From IMG/VR virus record IMGVR_UViG_3300021400_000252: a stretch of DNA of 64,000 bases; one strand, written 5' to 3'. The translations under genes were made by a program, and so were the position numbers. The notes under the pieces are model-generated. The model had not been told where the DNA came from, did not search any database, and was given only the letters and a program-made list of their open reading frames with translations. This DNA comes from a virus (taxonomy: Duplodnaviria; Caudoviricetes). Shown piece after piece: positions 23,414 to 34,698 of the stretch; position 1 is the first letter of the stretch, and the number at the start of each line of letters is the position of its first letter.

Positions 23414-24136
23414 ATGAATGTAACCTTAGCTGATGTTATTAGAGAGATTAAACGTAAAGTTTGGGCAGGTGACAACCTAGAGCATGATCTAGAAGATGTT
23501 GATCTTAATGAGATTGTAAATGAATCGATTCGAGAAATAAGACGATATTTCGATGAAACTGCTAAAGTGACGATTCCATTCCAACGATGTATTAATCTAA
23601 ATGAACAAAAATTTAAACCAAGTTCTATAATAAAAATTTATAAAGTAAATGGAAATAGTGTTAATACAGATGATATAAATGTTAATACCGACCCACTATA
23701 TGCTTATCAATTTTTAATATGGAGTAATGGTGGTACTATGTACAATGTACAAGATTACACTTATAATTATGGTGCTTGGAGTACTATGAACCAAATTCGA
23801 AATACTTTAACAACTGAATTAGATTTCGAAGAGGATAAACAAAATAATTTAGTTTATATATTTACGAGTTTGAATCCAAAAGCAATCACACTTGAATATA
23901 TTCCAAGAATTGAAAAAGTTGAAGATATTCAAACAGATAGATGAATAGATATATTAATTCAATTAGCTGTAGCTCATACAAAAGTTGAAGTTGGTAGAAT
24001 TAGAACAAGATATACTACTTCAAATGAACTATGGGGTGATGATGCTGAAAAAATGTTAACTGAAGGTCAAGAAGAACTAAAAGCTTTAAGAGAAAAACTT
24101 GAAGAAGAAGACTCAGTTATACCACCATTAAATTAG
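23414..24136 (+). CDS. Neck/head-tail adaptor, T4 gp13-like (240 aa; TGA=Trp at 23942)
   Basis: Read-through gives WIDILIQLAVAHTKVEVGRIR...EGQEELKALREKL. Confidence 0.75.
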
Positions 24137-24156
24137 ATAAAAATAGGAGAACATAA

Positions 24157-27100
24157 ATGTCAAAGAATAGAAATAAAATACTTACTCAATTTGATTTATC
24201 ATCTGCATTTACTGCACTAAGTGATATGGATTATGCAGCACCTGAAGGAAATGTAAAAAGCTTCCAAGAAAATTTAGTTGAACGTAAAGGTTATGGTAAA
24301 TGCTTTGAACCTTTATTTGAAGATTTATATGACCTTGAAGATACACAAGATTTAAACGATGCAGCTGACGCTAGAGAAGCAGAAGTTGCTCAAGCTAAGT
24401 TATCAAGAATTGAAAAGATCATTGATTTAGATGCTAAAACTCCAGATGAATTATTACCTTCTTATGTAGGTAAAATTATTGTTCAATGTCCTCAATGTAT
24501 GAATTTATTCTACAAAGATGAAGCAGACATCGAAAAAGATGAAGAAGATCCAACTTTATGCAATGTTGGTGAGGAATGTCAACATTGTGGAAATACTTCA
24601 GGTTATACATTAATTGGTAAAGTTGATGCAGCAACTGAGGAAGATTTAAATCAAGGCACTGATGTTCCTGCAGAAGAAACTCCAGCAGAAGAACAACCAA
24701 CCGAAGAAACTCCTGAAGAAACACCAGAAGAAACAGGTGAAAAAGGTGGAGATGAAGATTTAAATTTAGATGATATGGATTTAGATCTAAATCTAGATGA
24801 AGAGCCAGCTCAAGAATCTTTTAATACAAATCCAGATGGCCAAGTATTAACAGAAAATGTTGAGAAATTAGATGAAGAATGTATGAATAAAGCAATCACT
24901 GATTTCTTATTAGATGACTCTAGTACTCATAAGAGCTTAGATGTTATTCTAGCTGATCTATATAAAGCTCATCCTGAAGCACCAGCTGAAAATGTTCAAT
25001 CAGCTATGGATGGAGTTTTAAATGTTGAATGGCCTTTAAATAAGATTGAAACTTTTGGTTTCTGTGCTAAGCAACATCCTTATGTTGAAGGTTTAACAGA
25101 AGAAGTAGATAAAGACTTAGATAAGAAATTAGCAGAACATGATACTTATATTGAGTATTTAAGAAAAGAAATTGCGACTTTAGAAGATTCTATTAAGAAT
25201 GAAAAGAATGAAGAAATTAAAGCTGCAAAACAAGCTCATTTAGATGAATTAAATCAATCATTAGATGCAGCTCTTCCTGATGCTGTTAAGAATGGAAGCG
25301 TAGAAGTTAATACTGAAAATACTGAAGATGCTTCAGATGATAACTTAGATGCAGATGACGTTCTTAATGGTGAATTAAATAACAAAGAAACTACTGAAGA
25401 AAATGCAGAAGCAGAATCAACTGAGAATTCTAAAGATGAATCTGATGAAAATTCAGATGAAAATACTTTTGCTATGACTTTAGATAATCAAGAAGTTAAA
25501 GAATCTTTAACTGAAAGTGTTACAATTGATGTAGATGATTTAGAATTCTGTCAAATGGTTAATGATGGAAAAATTAATGATGTAAGTAAATATAATCTTG
25601 GATATATTAGATTAGGTGAATTATCTCAAATTTGTGTTGATAATCATTTAGATAGAGCTTATGATATAATTGAAAAAGCAATAGATCAAATTACAGGTTA
25701 TACTGAAGAAAACTCTCTAACTGAAGATAAGAGAGATGACGATGACTACTATGGTAGAGACATCGATGATGCTGTTATTCAATTAAAGAAAAGAGGTCAT
25801 GCTGAATTCTGGTGCCGTCAAGGTAAAGAGAAAGCTGAAGAAGTAAAGAAAATTGTAAAAGATAAATATAATTTAGATGTTGAGTATACAATTGATAATG
25901 ATTATTGTGAAGCTAAAGTTGTTAAATCAAAAGATTTAAATGAAGCTGTTGCTATTACAATTAGTGTTGATGAAGTAGATGATACAGTTACTCCATCAGC
26001 TGATACAATGGTTATAGATAATGGTGATGCAGGAGTTGCAGAATATCATGCAGATGATAATTGTGTAAACTGTGAAGATCCATTTAATCAAGACTTTGAA
26101 CCAGTAGAATTCAATCGTCCAGCTTTTAATCCATTTGCTAATACTGAATTTGATTTCGATAGCGAAGCTGATGAAACAGCTATTCAAAATGTAGAACCAG
26201 AAGAAATGGATAATAAAAAACTAGATAAATCAGAAGAAAAAGAATTAGATAAAGAATTAAATTCTGAAGATGATTCTGATAAAAAAGATGATGATAATGA
26301 TGACAAAGATAAAGGTGAAAAAGCTAAAGATGAATCTTTAACAGAATCAGTAAAATTAGTTGAAAATAAAAATGACAAATGGGCTCAAACATTAAATACT
26401 TTTTATAAAAATGATCTAGAAGCCGGAAATCGTTATATTGTTTTTGGTAAAGACAGAGATTTAAGTGGAGTACAGTCTGGTCAAAATCAACGATTCTTTG
26501 CATCAAGTGATTTCAAACAAATTTTAACACAATTAACTACATATTCAAAAGCAGATCGAGATAATACTTTAATCGTTTTATCACCTAAAGTAAATTATGC
26601 TCAATTTAAAAATGCTATTGAAAAAGTTCAAACTGAAGCACAAAAGAATCCAAGAAGTAAAGAAACTAAAAATGCTTTAACTGAATTTAATAAATTTATG
26701 GTTCCAACAAACACTATTACTGCTTATGTTAATGGTAAACAAACAAAAGAAGGAAAAAATTGTTTAGATAGATTATATAAAACTATTAAATCGTCACCAA
26801 TAACTAAAAATAATGACGTCTTTGGAAATTCAGCATGGGAAGATACTTCTGCTCAAAATAATGAAGCAGAAAATCCTAATCCTGAAGTAAATAATAATCA
26901 ACAAAATCAAAATGTTCAACAAAACCAAAATACTGGTGAACAAGGTATTGTTGGTCAAGATAATAAAGTAAATACTCAAGCTCCTGCTTCTGCTCCTGAA
27001 GCTCAACAAGCTGAACCTCAACCAGCTGCAACTCAAGCTGAGCCTGCTAATAATGCTCAAGCTGAAAATACCGAAAATACTGATACTAATGCAGATTCAA

Positions 27101-28278
27101 CTAAAGCTCAAGAAGCACCTAAGATTAATCCACAAGAATTAATTAAAGGATTAAGAGCTAAGTATGGTGATAAGTATGATGGTTGGAAAACTATGGGTAA
27201 TACTTTAAAAACTTTAGATGATGCTGGTTTATTAAGCGGTGAATATAATAAAGAACAATGGGATGACTATGATGAGTATAAGAACCATCGTACAGAAGCA
27301 TTCAATAATAATTCAAATGGAACAATTTTAACAGAGGCAATGTCTGATGAAGATTATAATAGATTATTTGATTCGACTACTTACGGTAATAAATTAAGTG
27401 ATTTCTATGATCTATCAGCAAGATGTGGTGAAATCTTCGAATCTACTTATGAGTCTTTAGGATATCCAATGGATGATGAATGGATTATTGCTCCAGAAAT
27501 CTTAAAAGATGATAATAAGGTTACTGAATTATATAATGCAGTAAGAAAGAATGTTGTTGATATTTTAAATAATGGATCTAGAGATGAATTAGATGATGGT
27601 CATCATGGTGATGTTATTGGAACTCTTATCGATTTATTTGATATAAATCAAGTTTTTGAAAATTTAGATGAAGCTAAAGATGATAAAAAAATTGTTGATG
27701 ATGTAACTGATGCTGAATTTAAAGAATTAATTACTAGTGATATTTTTAATGAAAAATGTGAAGATAAACCTACTGAAGCTAAGAAAATTACTGAAGATTC
27801 TGAATTAGACCATATGTTAGATCAATTAGATACAGAAATTGATAATGTATTAAATCAAGAAGAACAACCTCAAGAGAATTCTAATAATTCTAATAAAGAA
27901 GAATTTGATCAAGAAATGCTTGATGAAATTGACGAGGATGGTCTAGAGGAATGCTTATCTAAATCATTGGTTAATATATATGAAAACGTAGAAAACTTCA
28001 AAATAAGTGATATTAATTTAGTTAATAATAGATTAATTGTTGAAGGTAAAATTAAGTTTAATAAATCTGGAAATACTCTAGATACAAAGTATATTTTCAA
28101 TGATATCTACAAAGATAATGATAAATTAATCTTAAATGGTTATAATAAGACTTTATCTGAAGATTGTAATTTAGTATTAACTGGAAATATTAAAGATAAG
28201 AAATTCATAACTGAATCTTTCGAATATAATTATACAGTTGAAGGTGACAAAGTTCACGGTAAAGTTAATAATAACTAA
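24157..28278 (+). CDS. Large acidic protein with zinc ribbon, probable internal head protein
   Basis: 1373 aa; CPQC...CQHC; many LTE/LNE/LDE motifs. Confidence 0.7.
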   Translation: MSKNRNKILTQFDLSSAFTALSDMDYAAPEGNVKSFQENLVERKGYGKCFEPLFEDLYDLEDTQDLNDAADAREAEVAQAKLSRIEKIIDLDAKTPDELLPSYVGKIIVQCPQCMNLFYKDEADIEKDEEDPTLCNVGEECQHCGNTSGYTLIGKVDAATEEDLNQGTDVPAEETPAEEQPTEETPEETPEETGEKGGDEDLNLDDMDLDLNLDEEPAQESFNTNPDGQVLTENVEKLDEECMNKAITDFLLDDSSTHKSLDVILADLYKAHPEAPAENVQSAMDGVLNVEWPLNKIETFGFCAKQHPYVEGLTEEVDKDLDKKLAEHDTYIEYLRKEIATLEDSIKNEKNEEIKAAKQAHLDELNQSLDAALPDAVKNGSVEVNTENTEDASDDNLDADDVLNGELNNKETTEENAEAESTENSKDESDENSDENTFAMTLDNQEVKESLTESVTIDVDDLEFCQMVNDGKINDVSKYNLGYIRLGELSQICVDNHLDRAYDIIEKAIDQITGYTEENSLTEDKRDDDDYYGRDIDDAVIQLKKRGHAEFWCRQGKEKAEEVKKIVKDKYNLDVEYTIDNDYCEAKVVKSKDLNEAVAITISVDEVDDTVTPSADTMVIDNGDAGVAEYHADDNCVNCEDPFNQDFEPVEFNRPAFNPFANTEFDFDSEADETAIQNVEPEEMDNKKLDKSEEKELDKELNSEDDSDKKDDDNDDKDKGEKAKDESLTESVKLVENKNDKWAQTLNTFYKNDLEAGNRYIVFGKDRDLSGVQSGQNQRFFASSDFKQILTQLTTYSKADRDNTLIVLSPKVNYAQFKNAIEKVQTEAQKNPRSKETKNALTEFNKFMVPTNTITAYVNGKQTKEGKNCLDRLYKTIKSSPITKNNDVFGNSAWEDTSAQNNEAENPNPEVNNNQQNQNVQQNQNTGEQGIVGQDNKVNTQAPASAPEAQQAEPQPAATQAEPANNAQAENTENTDTNADSTKAQEAPKINPQELIKGLRAKYGDKYDGWKTMGNTLKTLDDAGLLSGEYNKEQWDDYDEYKNHRTEAFNNNSNGTILTEAMSDEDYNRLFDSTTYGNKLSDFYDLSARCGEIFESTYESLGYPMDDEWIIAPEILKDDNKVTELYNAVRKNVVDILNNGSRDELDDGHHGDVIGTLIDLFDINQVFENLDEAKDDKKIVDDVTDAEFKELITSDIFNEKCEDKPTEAKKITEDSELDHMLDQLDTEIDNVLNQEEQPQENSNNSNKEEFDQEMLDEIDEDGLEECLSKSLVNIYENVENFKISDINLVNNRLIVEGKIKFNKSGNTLDTKYIFNDIYKDNDKLILNGYNKTLSEDCNLVLTGNIKDKKFITESFEYNYTVEGDKVHGKVNNN

Positions 28279-28343
28279 TTAGTAATGGATTGGCTGGCTA
28301 ATCTTGGTCATCCAATCCATTATTTTTAAGAAAGGTGTTTAAT

Positions 28344-28919
28344 ATGGACGATAATAAAATTAATGATATTAAACAAAAAAATGATGACTTTTTACATCAA
28401 AAACGTAGTGAAGAAGAAAAAAGAAATGATTATGGTAGATTAATTACTCCACAAATTAAATTTCACAGAAAATGGTTTAATGAAATGTGTAGAATGCGTG
28501 GAGTTCGTGCTATGTATCAAGCTCCACTTTCAGATAAAGAATTCGATCTTAATGCTGAATTAAAAAGTAATTATCAACCAAAAGAGCCTGTATGGTGTAT
28601 CTTTGATCAATATCCAGATCAAAAGACTATGAAAAAAGTTGGATGGGTAGCTGAATTACAAGAAAATTCATCCATTATTCATGTTCCATACGATTTACAT
28701 GATCTTCAAGTTGGAGCATTATTCTGGATTCCTACTGGTTTAGATGATGGAGAACCAAGATTATTTAGAGTTATTTCAATGTACACTAAAATGATCTATC
28801 CGGCAAGTGTTGCATGTGAAATTGCTCCAGAATATGAATCTACAGATGAACCAGTTTTAGTAAGTGATTATGATACCTCTACTGATAACTTATTATTAGA
28901 TTTAGAAGGAGATGACTAA
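28344..28919 (+). CDS. Putative head-closure/neck protein (gp14-like position)
   Basis: Beta-rich stopper-like pattern (LQVGALFWIP...LFRVIS); gene order. Confidence 0.55.
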   Translation: MDDNKINDIKQKNDDFLHQKRSEEEKRNDYGRLITPQIKFHRKWFNEMCRMRGVRAMYQAPLSDKEFDLNAELKSNYQPKEPVWCIFDQYPDQKTMKKVGWVAELQENSSIIHVPYDLHDLQVGALFWIPTGLDDGEPRLFRVISMYTKMIYPASVACEIAPEYESTDEPVLVSDYDTSTDNLLLDLEGDD

Positions 28920-29872
28920 TGAAAAAATATATATTATGTGAATCTCCAAGTAAATACATTTTAAAAGAAGCAAATGAACTTAAAAATTGGACACAAATAT
29001 TAGACCCATTAATTTTACAAGATAATAGAGAATTCGATGAAAAATATGATGAATATCTAGAAGAATATTGAGGTAAAGAGAATGCTGAGATTGTTAAAAG
29101 AGATTTAGGTAAAGCATTTGCTCAAGAGGTAACTCAATTTGGATATATGGAAGAAGATAATCCATTTATTAGATTTTTACATACGAATAATTGTGAACGT
29201 CTTCAATGGTTTAAAGACGCAGATGCTAGATATATCTATTTACATAATGCAGCTGCAAATGGTTATGTTAGAGAAAAAGATATGGATGGAAAGGGTTACT
29301 TTGGTAAAAAACATATAATTTTTTATCGAGAAGCATTCTCAGTATCTGAAAAAGTTTTTGATTTATATTTAAGAATCCTAGATAACTTTAAAATTGATGG
29401 ACAACCATTCAATAATAAAGAAAATTTATTTGATCAAATTTTCTTCGATCATGGAAAATTAAGAACTAATTATATGGAGTTAGTTGATGCAAATAAACAA
29501 GCATTTGGTGCAAAGGCACAATTAAAATCTGATAATCAATCATTGGAATCAATTTTCAAAGCTTATCTTACTCCATCATTTACAAAAGATAAATTATTCC
29601 ATTTAGTACTCGATAGTTTAAGTCTTAATGCTTATAATTTAGGTGAAGAAAAAGATGCTTTATTGAATATTTTAAGTATTCCACAAGCATTAGAAAAGAA
29701 TCAAGCAGATGATAGACAATGGCGTAGAGCTTGGAACTATGTTCAATTTAATAATCAAAAATTAATTAGTGAGTTTGCATTAAATATCTATCACGATAAA
29801 CATAAAAATGATACTTCTAAAGATGAAGAAATCCGAGGTTTAGTACATGCATTTTTCAATAAGCTTGGATAA
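28919..29872 (+). CDS. Hypothetical protein (317 aa; TGA=Trp at 29069)
   Basis: TAATG-coupled start at 28919 is in frame with ORF 29147 across one TGA. Confidence 0.72.
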
Positions 29873-30185
29873 AAAATATGATTCTTTTAAAGTAAAAGAT
29901 AAAATACGTGTAACTGCTGTAAATAATGTGCTTAGATACTCTCATAAAAGCACAGAAAGAGCTTTAGATAGATATATAAAAGAACAGTATAAAATGTCTT
30001 TAGAAGATTTATGTTTAGTTATTATATATAGTACTAAAATCGAACAAGTAGCTCCGAGAGAATATACAGTGATTATTCCAGACCCACGTTTAGATGATGC
30101 TGCAAGATTAATTACTTTCGGTGACGGAAAATTATTTGGAAGTAATATTCTCTTAAAAGCTTTTGATTGGAAAGGAGTTTATTAA
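29847..30185 (+). CDS. Hypothetical protein
   Basis: 112-aa ORF with GAGG RBS. Confidence 0.65.
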   Translation: MHFSISLDKKYDSFKVKDKIRVTAVNNVLRYSHKSTERALDRYIKEQYKMSLEDLCLVIIYSTKIEQVAPREYTVIIPDPRLDDAARLITFGDGKLFGSNILLKAFDWKGVY

Positions 30186-30919
30186 TGGCAACTCAAAAAG
30201 AAGATATGCTATCTGGTATAGCTTTATATGATATTGCACTTTGAAATAAAATTAATAAATATATTCCTCAAACAGGATTAAATACTCAAAAGGTTTACAA
30301 GCCAGATCAAATGGATCAATTTTTAAAGATTATGGCTGATGAAAATAATGATAAAAAGATATTATTTCCATTAATTAAAATTGATAGAGAAAAAGATTTT
30401 GAACTTTTATCAAATATTAAAAATTTAAAAACATTTAACGGTAATAAGATTTATCAAGATAATGACCAAACAATGGTTAGTAATGTTATCCCAATTAAAT
30501 TAAATTATCAAATTAATATTTTTACTGGTTCTTATAATTCAGGATGTGAATGGGTTAGATCTTTATTATTTAAATTAATAAATAATCCAGTTATAGATAT
30601 AACAATTCCATATCAAAAGTCAAATTTAACATACGTCACTAATATTAGAGTTCTTCCAACTATTTCAGATATCAGTGATATGTCTCAAAGACTTTATCCA
30701 GGACAATTTTCTTGTTTTAGTATTAAATTAGAACTTCATGATGCTAATTTATTTAATATTCCTATTAGATCAAACTGGAAAATAGATGGTGCAGAAATTG
30801 GAACTTTTGTTGAATTAAAAGCAATAAAAGATGAAGAAACAGATGAGATAGATATAACAGAAGATGAAGTTGAAGCTCCAGTTAGAAAAAAGCCAACTTT
30901 TTCTATCTTAGAATCATAG
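30185..30919 (+). CDS. Tail terminator/sheath stabiliser, gp15-like (244 aa; TGA=Trp at 30242)
   Basis: TAATG start in frame with ORF 30311; FPLIKIDR, PIKLNYQINIF; precedes sheath. Confidence 0.65.
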
Positions 30920-30945
30920 AAGAATTAAATTAATTTATTAATCAT

Positions 30946-30956
30946 TTGCTAAATTA
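30946..30956 (+). promoter_or_regulatory. Putative late promoter TTGCTAAATTA
   Basis: Repeated motif upstream of sheath-tube operon. Confidence 0.72.
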
Positions 30957-30999
30957 ATTGATTTAGTAATTTGAATAAATATATTATAAGGAGATACAA

Positions 31000-32658
31000 A
31001 TGCCATATCGTAATATATATGAAAAAGATTATACAAGACCTGTATCATCTGCTGCTGGTAGTAACTTTGCAGTTTTAGTTCCAGGTTTTGTTGGTGATGG
31101 AACACCAGATGAGGATACATTCGTTAATGGTGTTGCAGAGTTTGATACTCAAGCCGATTTTATTAAGAAGATTGGTAAAAGAAATGCTTTAGTTGAATAT
31201 ACTCCAGGTGTGAAGGAAAAAGATGCAACCGCACCAGTTATTGCTGATATATCTAAATATGTTCCAGCTGAAGCTGAGCCTACTGATGGTACAACTGATG
31301 AAACTCCAACTGATGAAACTCCAACTGATGAAAAAGCTCCAGAAGATACAATTACAATAACATTCAATAATGGTGAAACCACAGAAGAAATAGTTTTAAT
31401 TAAAAAGGCTTATGCGGAAATATCTGATAGCCTTGAAGGTAAAACATTAGTTCGAGCTACTATTAATGAAAAACAAGCTATAACAACAGTTGGTGAATAT
31501 AAATTAGGAAACTGTGAGTTCACACCAGTTGATCGTGAAGCTGCTGTTGATACTGAAAAGTATATTGTATTAGATTCAATTGGAAATGATCATATTGAAG
31601 CTGTTGATGAAGTAAAAATTTATCATTTTGGTAACCAAATCGCTTATGAATTATTAGGACTTGGATATCACGTTTTATTTAAAGAAATAAAAAGTGTTTC
31701 TGAGTTAAATACTGATGAATTCTACGATGGATTAGAAGACAAATCAGTTTATAATTTCAGATATATTCTTTCAGGATTAAGAACTGATAATACAACTGCT
31801 AATAATAAACTTGCTGCTTTAGCTACATTACGTGGTGATACTATAGCATTATTAGATTTAGATGAGAATTGTTATTTAGATCAAAAAATTCAGTCAAGTC
31901 CACTTGAATTAGCTAAAAGTATGACTAATACAATTAATACCTTAACTTCAGCTAACACCAACTCAACTATATTAGCTCCATCATTAAAGTTATATATGAA
32001 TGATGATCAAGTTTATAACAATAAAACATTACCAATGTCTTTATATTATCTAGCATGTGCTAAGTATGCTTTAGAAAATAATTACAAAGAGTGGTATGCC
32101 GTAGCAGGTTATAGACGTGGTATTTGTAGATATACAATAGATAAACCATTATTAACTGCAGGTGAAACTTTAGTTAATAAATTATCTCCAAGACGTCAAA
32201 CAACTATTGGAACAAATCCAGGTGGTGGACAATGTATCGTATCTAAAGCTTGTAATCTAGTAGCATTAATTAAAGGTAATTATTATATTTGAGGTAACAG
32301 AACTGCTGAAACACTTGGTGATGCTCAATCTGGTGAACTAAGTGCTAAACATTACTTAAATATTAGACAATTGATTACTACTTTAAAACAAGAATTATAT
32401 ACAGTATTAACTTCAAAAACATTTAATCCTAATAGTGATACATTATGGTATTCATTCAAGAGTGCTATAACACCTATACTAGAAACTATGGTAAATACTG
32501 ATGGTATTGCTGATTATGAAATTAGACGTTCAGAGAATACTCAAAAAGGAACAATGAGTGCAGTAATCAGATTAGTTCCAATTGAAGCTGTTGAAGATTT
32601 CGAAATTACTATTTCTCTTGAGAATTCTCTTGAAGAAACTGGTACTATTTTAGAATAA
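31000..32658 (+). CDS. Contractile tail sheath protein (552 aa; TGA=Trp at 32290)
   Basis: RGDTIALLD, WYAVAGYRRG; read-through restores IWGNRT and YLNIRQL; FNPN. Confidence 0.92.
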
Positions 32659-32677
32659 GATAAAGGAGTAAAGAATA

Positions 32678-33304
32678 ATGGCAGATACAAATTATAAACA
32701 CAATTACCCTTCATCTCTATCTGGACATCATATTGCAAATAACCAGTATAGAAATAATGAAGCAGCTCGTACTGGATTTTTCTCTTTAAGAGTTAATGGT
32801 TTAAATGAAATTTATAAATCAACAACTACTTATACTGATCCAAATAAAGCTCCAAAGGCAACTGCTGAAAATGCATGGATGACTGCTGAAGATAACTTAG
32901 AGCTACATGTGGTTAAGTTCTTCGAACCAGACTTTACTATCACACCTTTAAATTACACTCGTGGTAATGAAGTTGTAAAGTTTGCTGGTAAGCCTGAATG
33001 GCAAGGTGGTGACTTAGTTGTAGATGACGTAATTGGAATGCATACTTATGAAATTCTACAAGCTTGGTTATTTAAAGCTTACAACCCATTCACTCAAAAA
33101 GGTGGACGTATGTCAGATTATAAGTTCACAGCTACATTAACACAATATACTCAAGATTACGAAGAAGTAAGAACTTGGACATTATATGGTGTATGGATTA
33201 GTGGATTATCTTCTGAAGGATTTGATAAAGAGAACGATGGTAAGAGACAAGTAACAGCTAAGTTCGAATACGATTGGGCTCTACCTGAAAAATTAGAAAA
33301 TTAA
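32678..33304 (+). CDS. Tail tube protein, gp19-like
   Basis: KFAGKPEW, RTWTLYGVW, FEYDW; follows sheath. Confidence 0.85.
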   Translation: MADTNYKHNYPSSLSGHHIANNQYRNNEAARTGFFSLRVNGLNEIYKSTTTYTDPNKAPKATAENAWMTAEDNLELHVVKFFEPDFTITPLNYTRGNEVVKFAGKPEWQGGDLVVDDVIGMHTYEILQAWLFKAYNPFTQKGGRMSDYKFTATLTQYTQDYEEVRTWTLYGVWISGLSSEGFDKENDGKRQVTAKFEYDWALPEKLEN

Positions 33305-33309
33305 TTTTA

Positions 33310-33338
33310 AAATAGGAGATTAATCTCCTATTTTTTTT
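33310..33338 (+). terminator. Intrinsic terminator
   Basis: AAATAGGAGA-TTAA-TCTCCTATTT plus T-run. Confidence 0.8.
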
Positions 33339-33375
33339 ATTATTATATTTTTATTAAATTTTTATTAAAAATAAT

Positions 33376-33386
33376 TAGCTAAATTA
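33376..33386 (+). promoter_or_regulatory. Putative late promoter TAGCTAAATTA
   Basis: Repeated intergenic motif. Confidence 0.65.
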
Positions 33387-33415
33387 AATGTATAATTAAC
33401 GAATAGGAGCTTAAT

Positions 33416-33577
33416 ATGGGTAGAAATAAACTCGACCGAAGCCAAAAAGTTATACAATCTTTTGAATCAACTAAACCATTAAAACAACGTTTAGAAGATG
33501 AAGCTAGTAAAAGAAATATAACAGTATCGGCGCTAATTAGAGAAATATTAGAAAAGCACTATGAAGAAAGGGATTAA
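33416..33577 (+). CDS. Ribbon-helix-helix (CopG-like) DNA-binding protein, 53 aa (not in ORF track)
   Basis: AGGAG RBS; LKQRLEDEASKRNITVSALIREILEKH. Confidence 0.75.
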   Translation: MGRNKLDRSQKVIQSFESTKPLKQRLEDEASKRNITVSALIREILEKHYEERD

Positions 33578-33579
33578 TT

Positions 33580-34374
33580 ATGGAAAACGAGAAATTAGAA
33601 AACTATGAAGGTCAAAGACTAGAAAATTACACTATTAATGAAGGTTACTATCTTCCTTCACGTGGAAAAATCTATAGCAAGCCAGTTAAACCATTAGTAG
33701 AATTAACTGCAATGAATGGATTTGATGAATTAAGAAGAAAAGGAAATTCAGTAGCTCCATTAAAAGTACTAGCTGACTTAATTGAAAAGTGTATGATTGA
33801 AAAGCCAGCAATTCATGTTTATGATATGAGTTTAGGTGATTATCAATACTTGTTACAAAAATTAAGAGTAATCACCTATGGTTCAGCTTATCTTATGGAT
33901 GTTAGATGTCCTAATTGTGGCAGACATGTTGAAATTGAAACAGACTTAGATGAATTTGAAGCTGAAGAATTAGATTTAGATGAGTTTGAAGAAAAAAGTA
34001 ATATTACGCTTCCAGTATCTGGTGATAAGATTGGATTAAATTTCCAAACTCCACACTTAATTGATGCAATCGATGATAAAGCTAAAGAATTAAAGCGTAA
34101 GATGAAAGAACTAAAAATGGATTTCACATCATTTGCTACATTATTATTAACTATTAATAATGTTAATGGTGAACAATTACCTCTTGGTGATTTAGGTGAA
34201 TATATCAAGAAAATGCATGCTAAGGATTTACGTTTCTTAGAGATTTCTATTGATAAGTTAAACGAAGTAATGGGTGGAATTGTAACAATTACAAAGACTT
34301 GCCCAGAATGTGAGGAAGAACTAGACGTAACCTTTCGCTTCGGACCAGACTTTTTTAGACCCGAAATATTGTAG
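33580..34374 (+). CDS. Tail assembly chaperone / baseplate hub assembly protein (T4 gp26-like)
   Basis: LPSRGKIY, LRVITYG, CPNC and CPEC, terminal DFFRP; between tube and tape measure. Confidence 0.75.
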   Translation: MENEKLENYEGQRLENYTINEGYYLPSRGKIYSKPVKPLVELTAMNGFDELRRKGNSVAPLKVLADLIEKCMIEKPAIHVYDMSLGDYQYLLQKLRVITYGSAYLMDVRCPNCGRHVEIETDLDEFEAEELDLDEFEEKSNITLPVSGDKIGLNFQTPHLIDAIDDKAKELKRKMKELKMDFTSFATLLLTINNVNGEQLPLGDLGEYIKKMHAKDLRFLEISIDKLNEVMGGIVTITKTCPECEEELDVTFRFGPDFFRPEIL

Positions 34375-34594
34375 TGATAATCCAGATGAATTATATGCTC
34401 CAAAACATTTTAAAGATGTAGTGCAAGAAGCATGGTTTATCTGTGACGCACTTCATATTGGATATGAAGATGTAATGAAAATGACTGTAGTTGAAAGACA
34501 TTATTTCATTGAATTTATTAAAGCTAAGAATGAAGCTGTAAATAAAAAGATTGAAGAGTCTAGACAACAAGCTATGCAAAATAGACATAAATAG
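34352..34594 (+). CDS. Probable frameshift extension of tail chaperone (+1 frame)
   Basis: Open frame ...EAWFICDALHIGYEDVMKMTVVERHYFIEFIK... overlapping the upstream stop, no RBS-backed start. Confidence 0.6.
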   Translation, partial: FLDPKYCSDNPDELYAPKHFKDVVQEAWFICDALHIGYEDVMKMTVVERHYFIEFIKAKNEAVNKKIEESRQQAMQNRHK

Positions 34595-34620
34595 AGCATA
34601 TTTACATATATGCTCTTTTT
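34593..34620 (+). terminator. Intrinsic terminator
   Basis: AGAGCATAT...ATATGCTCT plus T-run. Confidence 0.75.
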
Positions 34621-34658
34621 ATTTATTAAATTTTTATTAAATTAATAGAAAGTTTGAT

Positions 34659-34669
34659 TTGCTAAATTA
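34659..34669 (+). promoter_or_regulatory. Putative late promoter TTGCTAAATTA
   Basis: Repeated motif upstream of tape measure. Confidence 0.7.
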
Positions 34670-34698
34670 ACTGATAGTTTAATTGATTGGAGTTCAAG

